The notes beneath the pieces were generated by a model. The model ran no database searches. It was not told the origin of the DNA and worked only from the letters and a program-made list of their open reading frames with translations. From NCBI GenBank assembly GCA_004022145.1, contig RCNU01000030.1: 55,313 bases of DNA; one strand, given 5' to 3'. The translations under genes and the position numbers were made by a program. Positions 37,691 through 51,057 of the stretch are shown piece after piece. Each line of letters begins with the position of its first letter. The stretch's first letter is position 1. The stretch comes from Paecilomyces variotii (taxonomy: Eukaryota).

Positions 37691-38776
37691 TAGCCTCCCC
37701 TCTTCTATATATAGACGCCTCTATCTGCTCCTCTTTAATACTATAGTCTATTTAATCCCCTTTTATTTATATTATAAATTCCTCCTAAAGTAAAAATATT
37801 CTAGTATTTTATATATTTTATATTTAATAATTATTAGACTTATAAGCTATTATCTTTAATTTTGCAAGAAAAGCTTAATAGATTATTTATCCTAAATAAG
37901 AATAAAATATAACTCTACCTATATCTCTGTAGAGTCCTATAAAGCCTACTTAAAAAAGGCCTTTTTAATAATAATTACCCTATAAATAAGAAGATTAAAC
38001 AGCCCTTTTTCTCCTTAGTCTTTATATATCCTGCTAATTTCTTTATAATTAAAGGAGTAAATAGTAATTATTTTAGAACTTCTCCCCTTTAATATTATTA
38101 TTCTCTGATTATTAGATATTAATATCTAATTATATTTTAAAGTAATATTACTCCCTTTAAAAGGCTCTCTTATAATAGCTCTATTATATAGAGATATAAG
38201 GCTCTATTTTTATATACCTCTTAGGATTATAATCTTACTTTTTTTATTTCCTTTTATATATTCTCTTTTATAGTAAATTTATAAATAATAATTTTTTTTT
38301 CTAAAGAGAGCTAGCTAAATAAGGTAATATATTATATCTTATCTAATAATCTTCTATAAAATATTTTAAGATATATTCTTTATCCCTATAGTCTTATTAT
38401 TTATTTTCTCTTTATAATATAATATAATCTCTGTTTTTTGCGCTGGATATTATAAGTTAAATCTCTCTTTATTTTAGAATATAGAAGAATAGAACTAATT
38501 TATAAGTTTTTACTATATAAAGTCTTTATTAAAAATTAATTTAAAAGCTATATATCTTTTCTACAGATATAATTAAATAAAATATTTAGGCCTTAGGTAA
38601 AAGTTTATAGTAAGTTTTAAATAAGAGATTAGATATTTTTCTTCTCCTATAAGAAACTCTACAGCTTTTCTAAGTATATTATTATTTATTTTATTAGAAA
38701 ATTTCTTTATTTATCTATTATTATTTTAAAAGTTTATATTAATTAAAGACTTCTCTACTTTTATAATATTAGTATC

Positions 38777-39049
38777 TGTTACGAAATAGTAGTTAGGACT
38801 GGCAGTTTCCTGTATAACTAAGATTTTGCTCTGAGGAAATCTTTAGGAATAATTTTACTATAGTAAAATCGGGCGGTTTAGAGAAATTACTTCCTAGGCC
38901 TCTATAAAAAATTTATTGCCCTAACTGAGAATATATAGTAATACTTTATATCTACTATATATATTAACACTCTTTCTCCCTAAATATTATTAGCCTTTTA
39001 AGCTATTAGATTAGTCTAAAAATTCTATCTAAACCTATTCTTTTTAACT
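38777..39049 (+). repeat. C5 5' LTR
   Basis: Matches 43809-44081. Confidence 0.93.
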
Positions 39050-42000
39050 AGTTATAAGCCTAGGTTTGTAATAACTTGAGAGAAACAGCTATATAATAAA
39101 AACTATTCTATCTTAAATATTTAAATTTAAACTAGCAGTAATAAGCTATTCTTATATAAGAGGATCTGTAATAAGACTGCTCTAATACTATATTAGGCAC
39201 TAAACCTAATAGGAGTCAGATCTTATTAAAGGTTAGAAAATTAACCTACTATTATTATATCCTTAATAAAAGATAAGGATAATAAAAGAAATAAATTAGT
39301 TTTTATTTTCTTAAGGGAGAACTATAAGATATAGTTTTTATATATAAAAAAATGGCTCCTTAGTAAGGATTGCTGAGACGCTATTAAATTATTTAAAAAA
39401 GAAAAAAAAAGCCGGGATAAGAAAATATTTAGAAAGATTAATGCAATTATATAATATTAGATTATTAAATATCTCTTAGATAATAACCGGGAGAACTTTA
39501 TAAATTTATCTAGCGCAGAGGATCTGTAGAAGGGACTATAAATAAAATATAAATAATTCTTCCCTACCTAAAAATATCAGCTTATCTAATAATATATATA
39601 ATTTCAGATAACCCCCGGACAGATAATTTTAGATACTTAGGGATAACTGGACCTAATAGGGAAGAAAATTAAAGTATATAATAAGGATATATCTTCTTTA
39701 GCTGAACCTAAAGCTAAGATTTAATAACTATTCTTAGCCTTATCTAAAGAATATACTACTACCAGAATAGTAATTAATATATAAATAAGCCTAGATATAA
39801 ATAAAATCCTAAGCATCTTAGAGAAGGTAAAAGCCTAATTTTAAATAAAACTAATTATTGCATTCTTTACTAAAAATAAATAAACCCTAATTAAATGCTA
39901 TATTTATAAGAAAGATTACTATATTAAAGACTGCCTATTCTTATCTATTATTTAGAAAAGTATAAGAAATAGCTAAAAATAAAGAAAGAAGTCTCTTAAA
40001 TAAATATCTAACGGTCCTATTATCTAGGATAAAAAAATAATAGACTTAATTATTAAACTCTATAAAGAGGTTTAATTCTTAAAGAATAAGAGATTAAAAA
40101 ATAAAAAATATAGGGTATATAAGGCGGAAAAAACCTTAAACTCTGGGAAAAGCTAATCTTAACTAAAATCCTCAACTTTAGTTACTTTTAATAACTAAGT
40201 CTTATATAAGATTGCCTATCTTTTAAAAGATATTATTAGTAAGAATCTATCCTGATAGTATATAAATAGTAATATTAGTTTATATATAACTAATAAGAAC
40301 TATTACTTTAGAAGATTATTAATTTAAATTTAATAGAGATATATTTATATGGGCGAAGAGATCTTATATTTAGAATATATAAGAATAACTATTTTAAAAG
40401 ATAAAAATAAGAAAGGGTTAAACCTAGAAAATATATTACTTATACTAAACCTTAGGGTAAATCTCTTATTAATTAAGATATTCTGTTAGTAGTTAAATAT
40501 GCGCAGGTATTTTAATAAAAGAATAATATCTATATTAAATAAGTTAAATAAGGTTATAATTTAAGATGCTATTAAATATAGAGTCTATATTATTAAAAGG
40601 GTCTTCTTAGATTAAATGCTAAAGTTATAATATATGCCTATTATATTACTATCTATTAAAAATACCTTTAATGCTATAGTTATAAATTAAGAGGAAGAAT
40701 TCTTTTAAAATAAAATTACTCCCTTATTTTATTAAAATAAAATTAAGGAGGAGTATTAACTATAATATAAGAGAATTAGCTATCTTAGATTTAAAAAGGT
40801 TAGAAACTTATATAACTTAACTATACTGAAGAAACCTATTAAAATAGTAATAGATTACCAGTATATAATATATATTATAGCTAATATCAGAAATAAGAAA
40901 AGGACTATTAATATATAAAAGGCTAGTATTCTTAAACTTATTTATATAGATATATATAGTTAAATGCCAAAGTCTAAGAATAGATATATTTATTTCTTAA
41001 TAGTTATAGATAATTTCTTAAAGAAAATATAGGTATTTTTAATAAAAGCTAAATCCAACGCTGCCCCTATCTTAAATAAATAGAAAAAGGAGGTTAAGAT
41101 AGCAATAGGTCTCCAAATTCTTAGTATATAATTAAATAATATACTAAAACTTAAGAATCTTTTTAAGATTTAGAGGAAACAGTTTGGCACTTACTATAAA
41201 CTAATAGTTCTATATATATTAATATAGAATAAAGCTATAGAATAGGTATATTAGACTATTAAAAAAGGAATAAAAGCTATATTTAAAGATTTAAATCTTC
41301 CAGTTAAATTATAGGTAGAGATAGCTTAAATTAATATATATATTAGAAATAGAGTATTAAACAGATTAATAGTTAATAGGGTTTAGATATTTTTAAAAGA
41401 AGCCTTTATTAAAACTAAGCTATTAATTAACTATCTAAAAGTATAGGGATATTAGGTAGTATTATATATAAATCCAGAATCTCTATTACAAAATATATAG
41501 AGGGATAAATTAATAAATTAAGGCAGGATCTATATTTTTATAGGATATATTAAGAGAATAGATAAATAATAGAAAGTTTAGGCTTTAGATATAAAAAAGA
41601 TTATTAAGACCTATTAAGCTAAGTTCTTTAAAGATAAATTAGAAGGAGACTTAAATCTTAAGATTCCCTAAAGATTATCGCCGAATATAGTATTAATAAA
41701 AAATTTAAGGAGTTAACTGGCAATTTAACTTATTATCTTAGGTATATATATATTCTTAAGTAAAAAGAAGAATAATATTAATAATTAGGAGAAGAGCTAT
41801 AAAAAAATTTTAGTTTTTCCTTAAAAAGAAAAAGAAGTTTTTTATTAAAAAAAAATTAAGATATCTTATTATAATAAAATTATAGAATAAAAAAAGATAT
41901 TTAACTATTCTTACTCTAATAATCTAAATAATTATAAGAACTTATAGATAAATTCCCTATTCCTGCTAAGCAGACAAGTTATATCTTATATAAAGATCCC

Positions 42001-43808
42001 TTATATAGTAAAATATAAGAGAAAAAAAGTTAAATTATTAGATAATAAATAAAACGCTAAGAAGTTATATTAAGTAATGCTTATATTAAATTTTTTATCT
42101 CTGGGTATTACTGCAGACTAGGAGAAGTATATAGAATAAATATTAAATGCTATAATAGCAGTATATATAGTAAAGGAGTATATTCTAATCTTAAATTTAT
42201 ATTATATTATAATTAATAACCCTACTTAAGATAAACTATAGTAGAGTATATTTAAAGCTAAAATAGATATGCTTTAAGCAAATAAAACTTTTAAAGTAGT
42301 TATATTATTATTAGGAGCTAATATTATAATTAGCTGTTAGATATTAGCTATAAAGTATAACTTAGATAGTTCCCTTTAAAAGCTTAAAATATATCTTATT
42401 ATTTAAGGGTTTACTTAGAAATATAATATTAATTTTAAGTATACCTTTACTCCTATCTTATAATATAATATATTATAAGTATTCCTAGCTATTATTATAA
42501 TAGAGAATTATAAGTGCTATACTGTAAATATTAATAATACCTTTATAGAATTAATATTAAAGGAGAAGATTTATATAATACTTTTACTAAAAATAGATAT
42601 ATTACTAGAAATAGTATTAAAAGTTTTTTAATCTTTATATAGTCTAAAGCAGGCTATAAGAGATTAGAATTAAACCTATATAGAAATATTCTAAAAAATG
42701 GGTTTTATATAAACTAATATTAATCTATGCTTATTATAGTATTTAGAGAAAGAAATCTTACTCCTAATATATATTAATAATATCCTAATTAATATAAAAT
42801 AAATAGAGAATATCTACTAATTTAAATAAGAGTTTAAATTAGTGTATAAAATAAAGGACCTAAGAAAAGTAAAGAAGATCCTTAATATTTAGGTTACCTA
42901 GAATAGGAAGAACTAAATATTAATAATAGACTAATCTTACTATACTAAAAAACTCTTATTATAATATAGAATAAGTAAAGAGAAAATATACCTAGTTAAT
43001 ATCCTATTAAATAGATATAACTTTTTAAAATTATCTAGCCTTTAAGATAAAAGAATAGACTAGAGAGAGTATTAGAAGATTATTAATAGCTTAATCTATT
43101 TAATAATTTTAATAAAACTAGATATTATGTTTATAGTAGGTAGATTAAGTTAATATTTATCAGATCTATCTAAAAGGTATTTTAAGGTATTAAAGTCTCT
43201 TATAAGATACTTATAATTAACTATATACCTTAGTCTTAAGTTTAATATAAACTAAGACCAGCAATTTATTAGGTATTTAAATTTAGATTATGCGATAGAT
43301 AAGACTAATTAGATATTAATCTTAAGGAATATTTTTATTTTAGCTAGCAGCCTAATAAACTAGTTAAGTAAGAAGTAAAAGTTTGTTGCAATTTTAACTA
43401 TAAAAGCTAAATATATAGCTATATACTAAGCGGTAAAATAGTCCTAATAATTGGCTCTTCTTTTAAAAGATATAGGATATAGATACTATATTAATCTAAA
43501 TAAATTTAAGCTAATAATAAGGGAAGAATAAGCTTTTATTATTAGTTCTTTAGTTAAGGTCTATAAGGATAACTAAGTATTATTATTACTAATTAGAGAT
43601 GCCTATATTTATAAGAGGTTAAAGCATATTAATATTGTGTATTATTATATATGCGACCTATATTAAAGGAATAAGATTAATATTAAGTTTATTAGAATGC
43701 GGGATATAATAGCGGATAGTTTTATTAAACTACTATTAAAAACAAACTTCTTAAGATTTCTAGATTAACTAGGATTAACTAACCTAATAAGTCTAGACTA
43801 AGGAGGAG

Positions 43809-44081
43809 TATTATAAAATAGCAGTTAGGACTGGCAGTTTCCTATATAATTAAGATTTTGCTTTAAGGAAATCTTTAGGAATAATTTTATTATAGTAAAA
43901 TTAGGCGGCTTAGAGAAACTATTTTTTAAGCCTTTATAAAAAATCTATTGCCCTAACTAAGAATATATAATAATACTTTGTATCTACTGCATGCGCTAAT
44001 ACTCTTTCTCCCTAAGTATTATTAGCCTTTTGAGCCATTAGATTAGTCTAGGAATTCTATCTGAACCTATTCTTTTTAACT
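43809..44081 (+). repeat. C5 3' LTR
   Basis: Matches 38777-39049. Confidence 0.93.
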
Positions 44082-47000
44082 GTATCTTTTTTTATTCTAA
44101 TAGGGCTAGGTAAGGTATAATTAGAACTTCTCTCCTCTTTTATTTCTATAGGCTAAAAGGCTAAAGGCGCTTATTTAAATTCAGCATTATTAGAAGTATA
44201 ATATAGCTACTCTTCTAATAATATCCTTAATAAATAATATATGCTTTTAAATAGGGTCTTTAACTGCTTTCTTATTACCCCTAGTATTATTTTATTTACT
44301 ATCTTTAAGACCTTTTAAGCATTTCTAATTAGCACCTCTTTTTTTACTCCTATTATGCCCGCTAAAAGATATATATAGCTATTGCAGATCTTTTAAAGCC
44401 TTTTTAATATTAACTAGTATAATATCTCCTCTACTTCCTTTTTTAATATTAATTAGCTACTAATTTAACTCTATTCTAATAATTTTTCTTTATTACTATA
44501 GTTATAGTCCTTAAAAAATAAATCTAGACAATAGTTATACTAGAACTACCTCTAATATTTATTATATATTACTAGGTTATAGAGATTTTTATTACTTTTA
44601 GTAAGTATTTTTAGTCTTTTTTTAATAACTTTTCTTCTATTGTATATATATTTAATATTGCCTAAATCTTATTAATATATTTATAATAAAATTTATTAAT
44701 TTTAATTCCTCTTTATTAAAGGTTACTTATAACTCCTTTATTATTTTAACTAAAGAAAGCTCTTTTAAATAATTCTATTATCTCGGTCCTATAATTTATA
44801 ACCCTCCTTAGCCTGCTTTTCTTTTCTTTATATTTTAATTTTTTTCTTGTCTTTATTCTTTTTTTACCCTTTTTTTTTTACCTTACTGCCTTCTTTATTA
44901 TTAATAGTAAGATTAATTAATAAACTCTCTCCTAAGTCTTTAATTATTCTCTTTATTTTATATTTTAGAATCTCTTTTAAAAAAAAGTCCTTCCTAATTT
45001 ATATACTAATTAATTAAAGCTCTGCTTTTATTATTTTAAATAAAAACTATCTGCTCCTATCTATTATTTTTTTTAATAAATCTTTTATTCTTTTAATATC
45101 TATTAGCAATAGGCTTTTATCCGGCTATATATTAGGCTTTTTAATATTTAATAATTTATTTACTTAAGCTTATATTAAGTAAATAGCTGCTATTCTCTAC
45201 TTCTTAATTTATTTTATAATTTCCCTTAATATTATTAAGGTTTAATAAGATCTCCTGGCTAATATTATTAATTAGCTAATTATTTACTCTTTTTATACCT
45301 CTATTGCGAGTAAATAGCCTTTATTTATATAATTTTTATTCTTTCTAGCTCTTTTTACTAATTCTTTTAGTTCTTTAATTACTTTTTTTTATTTTTATTT
45401 TTTTAGAAGCTTTTATTATAATAAAAATTTATAATAATCTGTTATAGCCTTATCTTATTTAATCTAAAACTTTATAATAATAGCTATTATTTTTATTATA
45501 AACCTAACTTTCTCTAGTCTATTTTTTATTGTAATAATTGCCTTCTTTATAAAATTATAGATCTTACTTATAGTTATATAAGTATTTATATTAAACTTTA
45601 GCAACTGTTTTTATAGGATAATATTTTAAATTTAGAGGATATTTTTTTTTATTTTAGTTTAGTATAAATATGCAGTAATTTTAGTTTTAGCAGTATTTAG
45701 TTTAGAAAGAGGTATAGAATAATTAGATTTAAGTTTTTAAATAATATTTATAAGTGATAAAATAAGGTTTTTAATATAAAGTAAGATTTCTTTATTATTG
45801 TTTTATATTCTTTATTTAATATCTTCCTTTTTTAGTAATTAAAAGAGTCTGGCCTTATTTTTCTAATAATATATATATGTTCTTCTATTTTATTTATCTT
45901 TAAGTCCCTCCCCTTTTAAAAAAAATTCAGATGCCCTTATTTTTTATTTATTATTTTCTTTTATCTTAAGCTAAACTCTTATCTAATATTAAGCTTATTT
46001 TATTTATTAGCCTTCTGCTTTCCCTCCTTCTAAGCTAATATTTTTAAAAGGAGGGTGCTAAAATTATAATTATATATATTAATTTAAATAATATTTAATC
46101 TGTATTATCTTCACTATTATTTATTTGCTAATTTTTTTACTTAGGTTCTATATTATTATTTACTGCTAGTATATCTTCTTAGTTATCTTATAAATAATAG
46201 CCTTTTAAGCAATTTTTATAGATTAGATCTTAAAAAGCTATATTATCTAATTCTTTAAGCTTATAAGAACCTTTTTAAAGGACTTTCTTAATTTAGTATA
46301 GTCTAAGCTAGCGATATACTAGTTTAGCAGAGTAAGATATCTTAAGCTTTATATTATAGAATAGAATGAGTTATCCTTTAATTAGTTATTTCTTATAAAA
46401 TTGCTTTTTATTATTAAAGATTTCTTTGTTAGTTTCTTTTATACGCTAGATATAAAGCTGTGTTTTTTTTATATTTTAATCTTTAAGCTCTATTTACCTT
46501 ATATAGAGAAGTAAAAGGTCTTCTATAGTTTTAATTTTATCTTATATTAATATCTTTTAGATAAGTATTTCTAGTTTAATTGGCAGTATTATATTATACC
46601 CTATAATTGCTTTAAATAGTGTTAAATTAATAGAGGTCTTAACTATATTCCTATTTGCCCAGATTACTACTAGTAGGTAATTTATTTAATTTATTCTTAT
46701 TCTTTTTGTAAGTTTCCTAATGTTATATATAAAGGATTTATATATGATTTTAACTGCTCTATTTGCTTATAGGTTATATAGTAAGACTTTAATATAGTTA
46801 ATTTTATACTTTTATATTAATATATTAATTATAGCTTTATTCTCTAGTCTTTTATTATTAATAAGAGTCTCTATTACTCTTTAATAATAAATCTAATCTT
46901 TTTATAGGAATTTAGTAATAGCTCCTAAAATAGGGCTATTAAGGGCTTTATATTTAACTTAGCTAAAATTATCTTAAAGTATAGTAATATAAGTCTTTTT

Positions 47001-48113
47001 TTTACTGGGCAATATAATCTTATAGATATTTAGATATAGCTTTAATCTCTCTAGTAGAATAAATATTAACTATAAAGCTTTTTCTATATATTCTTTATTA
47101 GCTTTCTAGTATTTATTATATGTCTTTATCTATTTGGTAATATACTTGTATAGGCCTTTTTATTAATATTAATCAGCTACTTTCCTATATATTGCTTTAT
47201 ATTTCTAATATTTATATTCTTTATAAAGGGTAATAAAGATCTCTTTTTACTTTTTTTTATTATTAATAATTGTTTAATAAGGCTAATTTTGCTATACTCT
47301 CTAGAAAAGAATATTATCTTATACTATATATTTTATAGCCTCCTTCTTAAACTTAGTATATTATCCCTAGTCTATATTATCTAGTTTTATTATAGTTTAT
47401 AACTATTCTATAATTAATAAAGATTTTTCTGACTAATATAATATAGGTATTAACTAAGAGATATTATTTAATTCTACTTCTTATATATTAGTATAATAGA
47501 TTATATAAAATTATAGGTCTAGGAATTCTTCTATATTATTATCTTCTGCCTCTTTTAGATTTTATTTTATTACCAGCTTTTAAGATAACCTATTTATAAC
47601 TAAATTCTTTTTCCCTAATATATAGATAATATTAAAGTTAAATAGCTAAATTTAAGTGATTTACTAAGTAATTATTAACCTAAGGAGGTTTATAGCTGTT
47701 TTTTTTAATTATATAACTAGAGTTTTTATATCTACCTCTAATTAAAAATATATATTATATAGATATGCTTAGAATTTATAAAGCGCCTTTAGTATTACTC
47801 TATATTCTAGCTTTTCTCTATTATATTGCCTCTTTGCTTATATTTATACTTTACTTTTATATCTAGCTAAATATCTCTTATTAGATTCCTTTTTTTTAAG
47901 CAAGTTATGCCCCTTATCTATTACTACTAGTATTAGTATTAATAATAATTATGCCTCCCTCTTTATAATTAATCGGCTTAAGTGCTAGTGCTATTATTAA
48001 GGCTATTTTTAAGATATTTATTGCTTTTTATTATTCTAGCCTCTAAAGGAAGTTTTATCCTTTCTTTAGTATTAAGTATATCGGCTCGGCTTTAATAATA
48101 TATCCTTTAATCT

Positions 48114-48632
48114 CGGGATGTAGCTCAGCCCAGCCGGGGACGAGCTTAGCCTACCCTAAAAGCTCATACCACCTAAGTATTTGGGATCTCGGCGCACCCC
48201 AAGAAACTTTGATTTTTCCTAGCCTATTTAGGCATAGTAGAAATATATAAAAAATATTATAAAATAATTTATATTTTAGTCTACATTATATATTAAAATT
48301 AGGATTTTAGGATTTTAATTGGGTACGCTAGGGCAAGAGTTAGTAAATTACACATAGAAATTCGAAAATTACAAATCTTTCTTGGTTTTTTAATTCTTAA
48401 AAATCGATTTTTAGATATTTAATTTTTCTTTTTTTATATATATAAGATATAGGTTATAACCTATATAAATATCTAATTTCGAGTGAAATATCTTTAGGTT
48501 TCGACTTTTAATAAATTTTTGAAGTTTTTAGTTTAAAAGCTCGGCCCACTTAAAAAATGGTAAAAATACTCGGGTGGGCTAAGCTTCTAGGGTGGGCTGA
48601 GCTCGCCCCCGGCTGGGCCGAGGTATAGGCCC
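48114..48632 (-). mobile_element. Mutator-like non-autonomous element / MITE, copy 2 (519 bp, inverted relative to copy 1)
   Basis: Near-identical reverse complement of 34881-35399; 10-bp TSD cctttaatct. Confidence 0.88.
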
Positions 48633-51057
48633 CCTTTAATCTATATCTAGTAATAGGCTATAACCCTTAGAAATTCTTTTACTTTTTATAAGTTCTAATA
48701 AGATAGCTATTTTAAAATTTTAATTATTTTAGTTAACTTAGGATATCTCCCTTTAGCATTATATATATAATCTACTACTTTAATTCTTGGTACTATAAAT
48801 TATAATTTTTTCTTAGTAATTATTAAACTTATAAGTTTAAGACTGTATAATACTTTATTAATATTTTGAATATATTTAAATATAAATCTTCTAATTCCCG
48901 GCAGTATCTTTTTCCTCTTATAATTAGTCTTAGGTCCTTATATTAATATATTATCTAGAAATATATTATAGATATTAAGAATATTATCTGCTAATACTTT
49001 TATAACTCCTTATATAAACTCCTATATTATATTTATCTATCCTTAGAATAATCTGGCTTAATAAACTAAACTAATTTCTAATATATAGAAAGCTATTAAG
49101 TCCTATAATTCTTTAGCTAACTTTAATTAATTATATTTAGAGAATAAGTCTATAAGTATTAATATTAATATTTTACTAAACTCTTCTAAGAACTTATTTG
49201 TTAAAGGGGGTAGATTAATATCTTATATTATTATTTAATTAACTTCTATAGCTATATTAATTAGCTAATATTTATTACTTTTTTTTTTATTAAAAATTAT
49301 AGATTTTAATAGGGTCCTTAACTATATTTAAGGATCTCTATATTTATCCTTTCTTTTATTATTTCTTATATTATATTATAGAATACTTTTAGTATTAGGA
49401 AGCTTTTTACTTATTATAGTTTATAATCTATAATTTAAATAATAATTAGAGGTATAATTTCTAGGTATATTTATCTAATCTTTTTAAAAGTCTAAATAAG
49501 GGCTGCTTTTTAAGTAAAAAGCATCTTTATTAATAGTTCTTTCTTTTTTAGCTATAAATTATTATCTATAATAAGATTCTTCAGATAGTCTAGTATTAGT
49601 CTTATTTCTCTCTTAATATTTAATATCTTTAGCTAAATATATTTAGTAAATCTTTTATATATTTCTTTTATACTTCTTTAGGAGTTCTTATAATAATATT
49701 TTTTAATAACTTCTTTTTATTTTAATAACCCCCTTAGAGCTATTATAGGTCTATTTAATATATTTACTAGATAAACCTTTTTATATTTCTTTTTATACTA
49801 TATATTAACAGAATATTTTATTTTTATAGTAAAAAGATTATACCTTTTAAATAATCTATACCCTTATAATTTTCTAACTCCTTTATTTAATTTAATAGGT
49901 TTAAATATCCCTACTTCTTTATTTTTAATTTCTTTACTTGCTCTAAAGCTAATATTATTTATTAAATATAGCTTTTATAAGCCTTTTCTATTTTTAATCT
50001 AGTATTTATTATTTTTTTTTAGCTTTAATTTAATAATTTTTATACCTAGGATAATAGATTATATAATATTTCTTCCCTTAACTTATTTCTTAGATTATCT
50101 ATTAAAAATACCTAAATAATAGCTTAATTCTTTTAGTTTATAGAGTAAATTATACTCTTTACTATCCTATCTAATAGAGTAATATATTATAAATATGCTT
50201 AATACTTAAAAGGCCGTCCTAAAATATAATTATAGTTAATCTTATTATTTACTATAAAGAAAGAGATTTTATAATAAAAGGATCTTATTTATATAGGCAT
50301 TTCTTTATAGAGATCTATAAAAGAGGTCTGCCCGCTATTTACTAATATTATATTATTTCTAAATTTTTAGCTTATAATAAGTTTATAGTAATTTGCTATA
50401 TTTTTATATATTATATTAATTTTAGCTTTACTATCTACTATAATATTTTATATCTTCTTATAATTATTAATTTTAATTGGCAACTTTAGAGTTATAGCTA
50501 TATATAGTACCTTATCTTTATTAAAAGGCTTAAATTATAAAAATGTATAAGTGTACTAATCTATATTATTTATTATATACTTTATATTTAATATAGAGGC
50601 ATTAAACTATACTCCTTTAATATTATAAAATATTATCTTAGTTATTACTTACTGCAGTTATAAAATAAATAAGGCCTTATATAAATTAGGAGATAGATTA
50701 ATAAGGTCCTAAATTAATATCTGAACTCTAGTATTTAATATTTAGTTTATAACCCCTATTATATTAATAATCCCTTTTAGCTTATTTATAATTTTAAATC
50801 TCTTTAATTTTTATTTCTCTTTTATCTTAATAACTTTTTTATTCTTATTTTATTTAAGCGTATTCTTTATTTCTTTTTTAATTATTCTTATTTTCTTAGT
50901 TATGTTTAAAGGCTAATAATTACTAAATTAGTTTATTTTAATTAAGGGAAATCTTTATTCTTATTTAATTATTTTCTGCAGTTTTTCCTTATATAATTAT
51001 TTAATCTTATTTTATCTTTTTTTTACTTTTTAGGGCTTATCTAATCTTATTATATTA

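Larger units (their letters stand above)
38777..44081 (+). mobile_element. Ty1/copia retrotransposon C5 (5305 bp) with TG...CT LTRs
   Basis: 273-bp LTRs at 38777-39049 and 43809-44081; TSD gtatc/gtatc; agttataagcc after the 5' LTR; PPT aaggaggag. Motifs: CCHC ~39895, protease DSG ~40265, RT YVDD ~42770, RNase H ADGFTK ~43712. Confidence 0.94.

Noticed and set aside
34881-48632. Inverted MITE pair as the ends of one 13.7-kb composite transposon
   Set aside because: Each copy has its own distinct TSD and they sit in different hosts (C4 and G3), so they are independent insertions.
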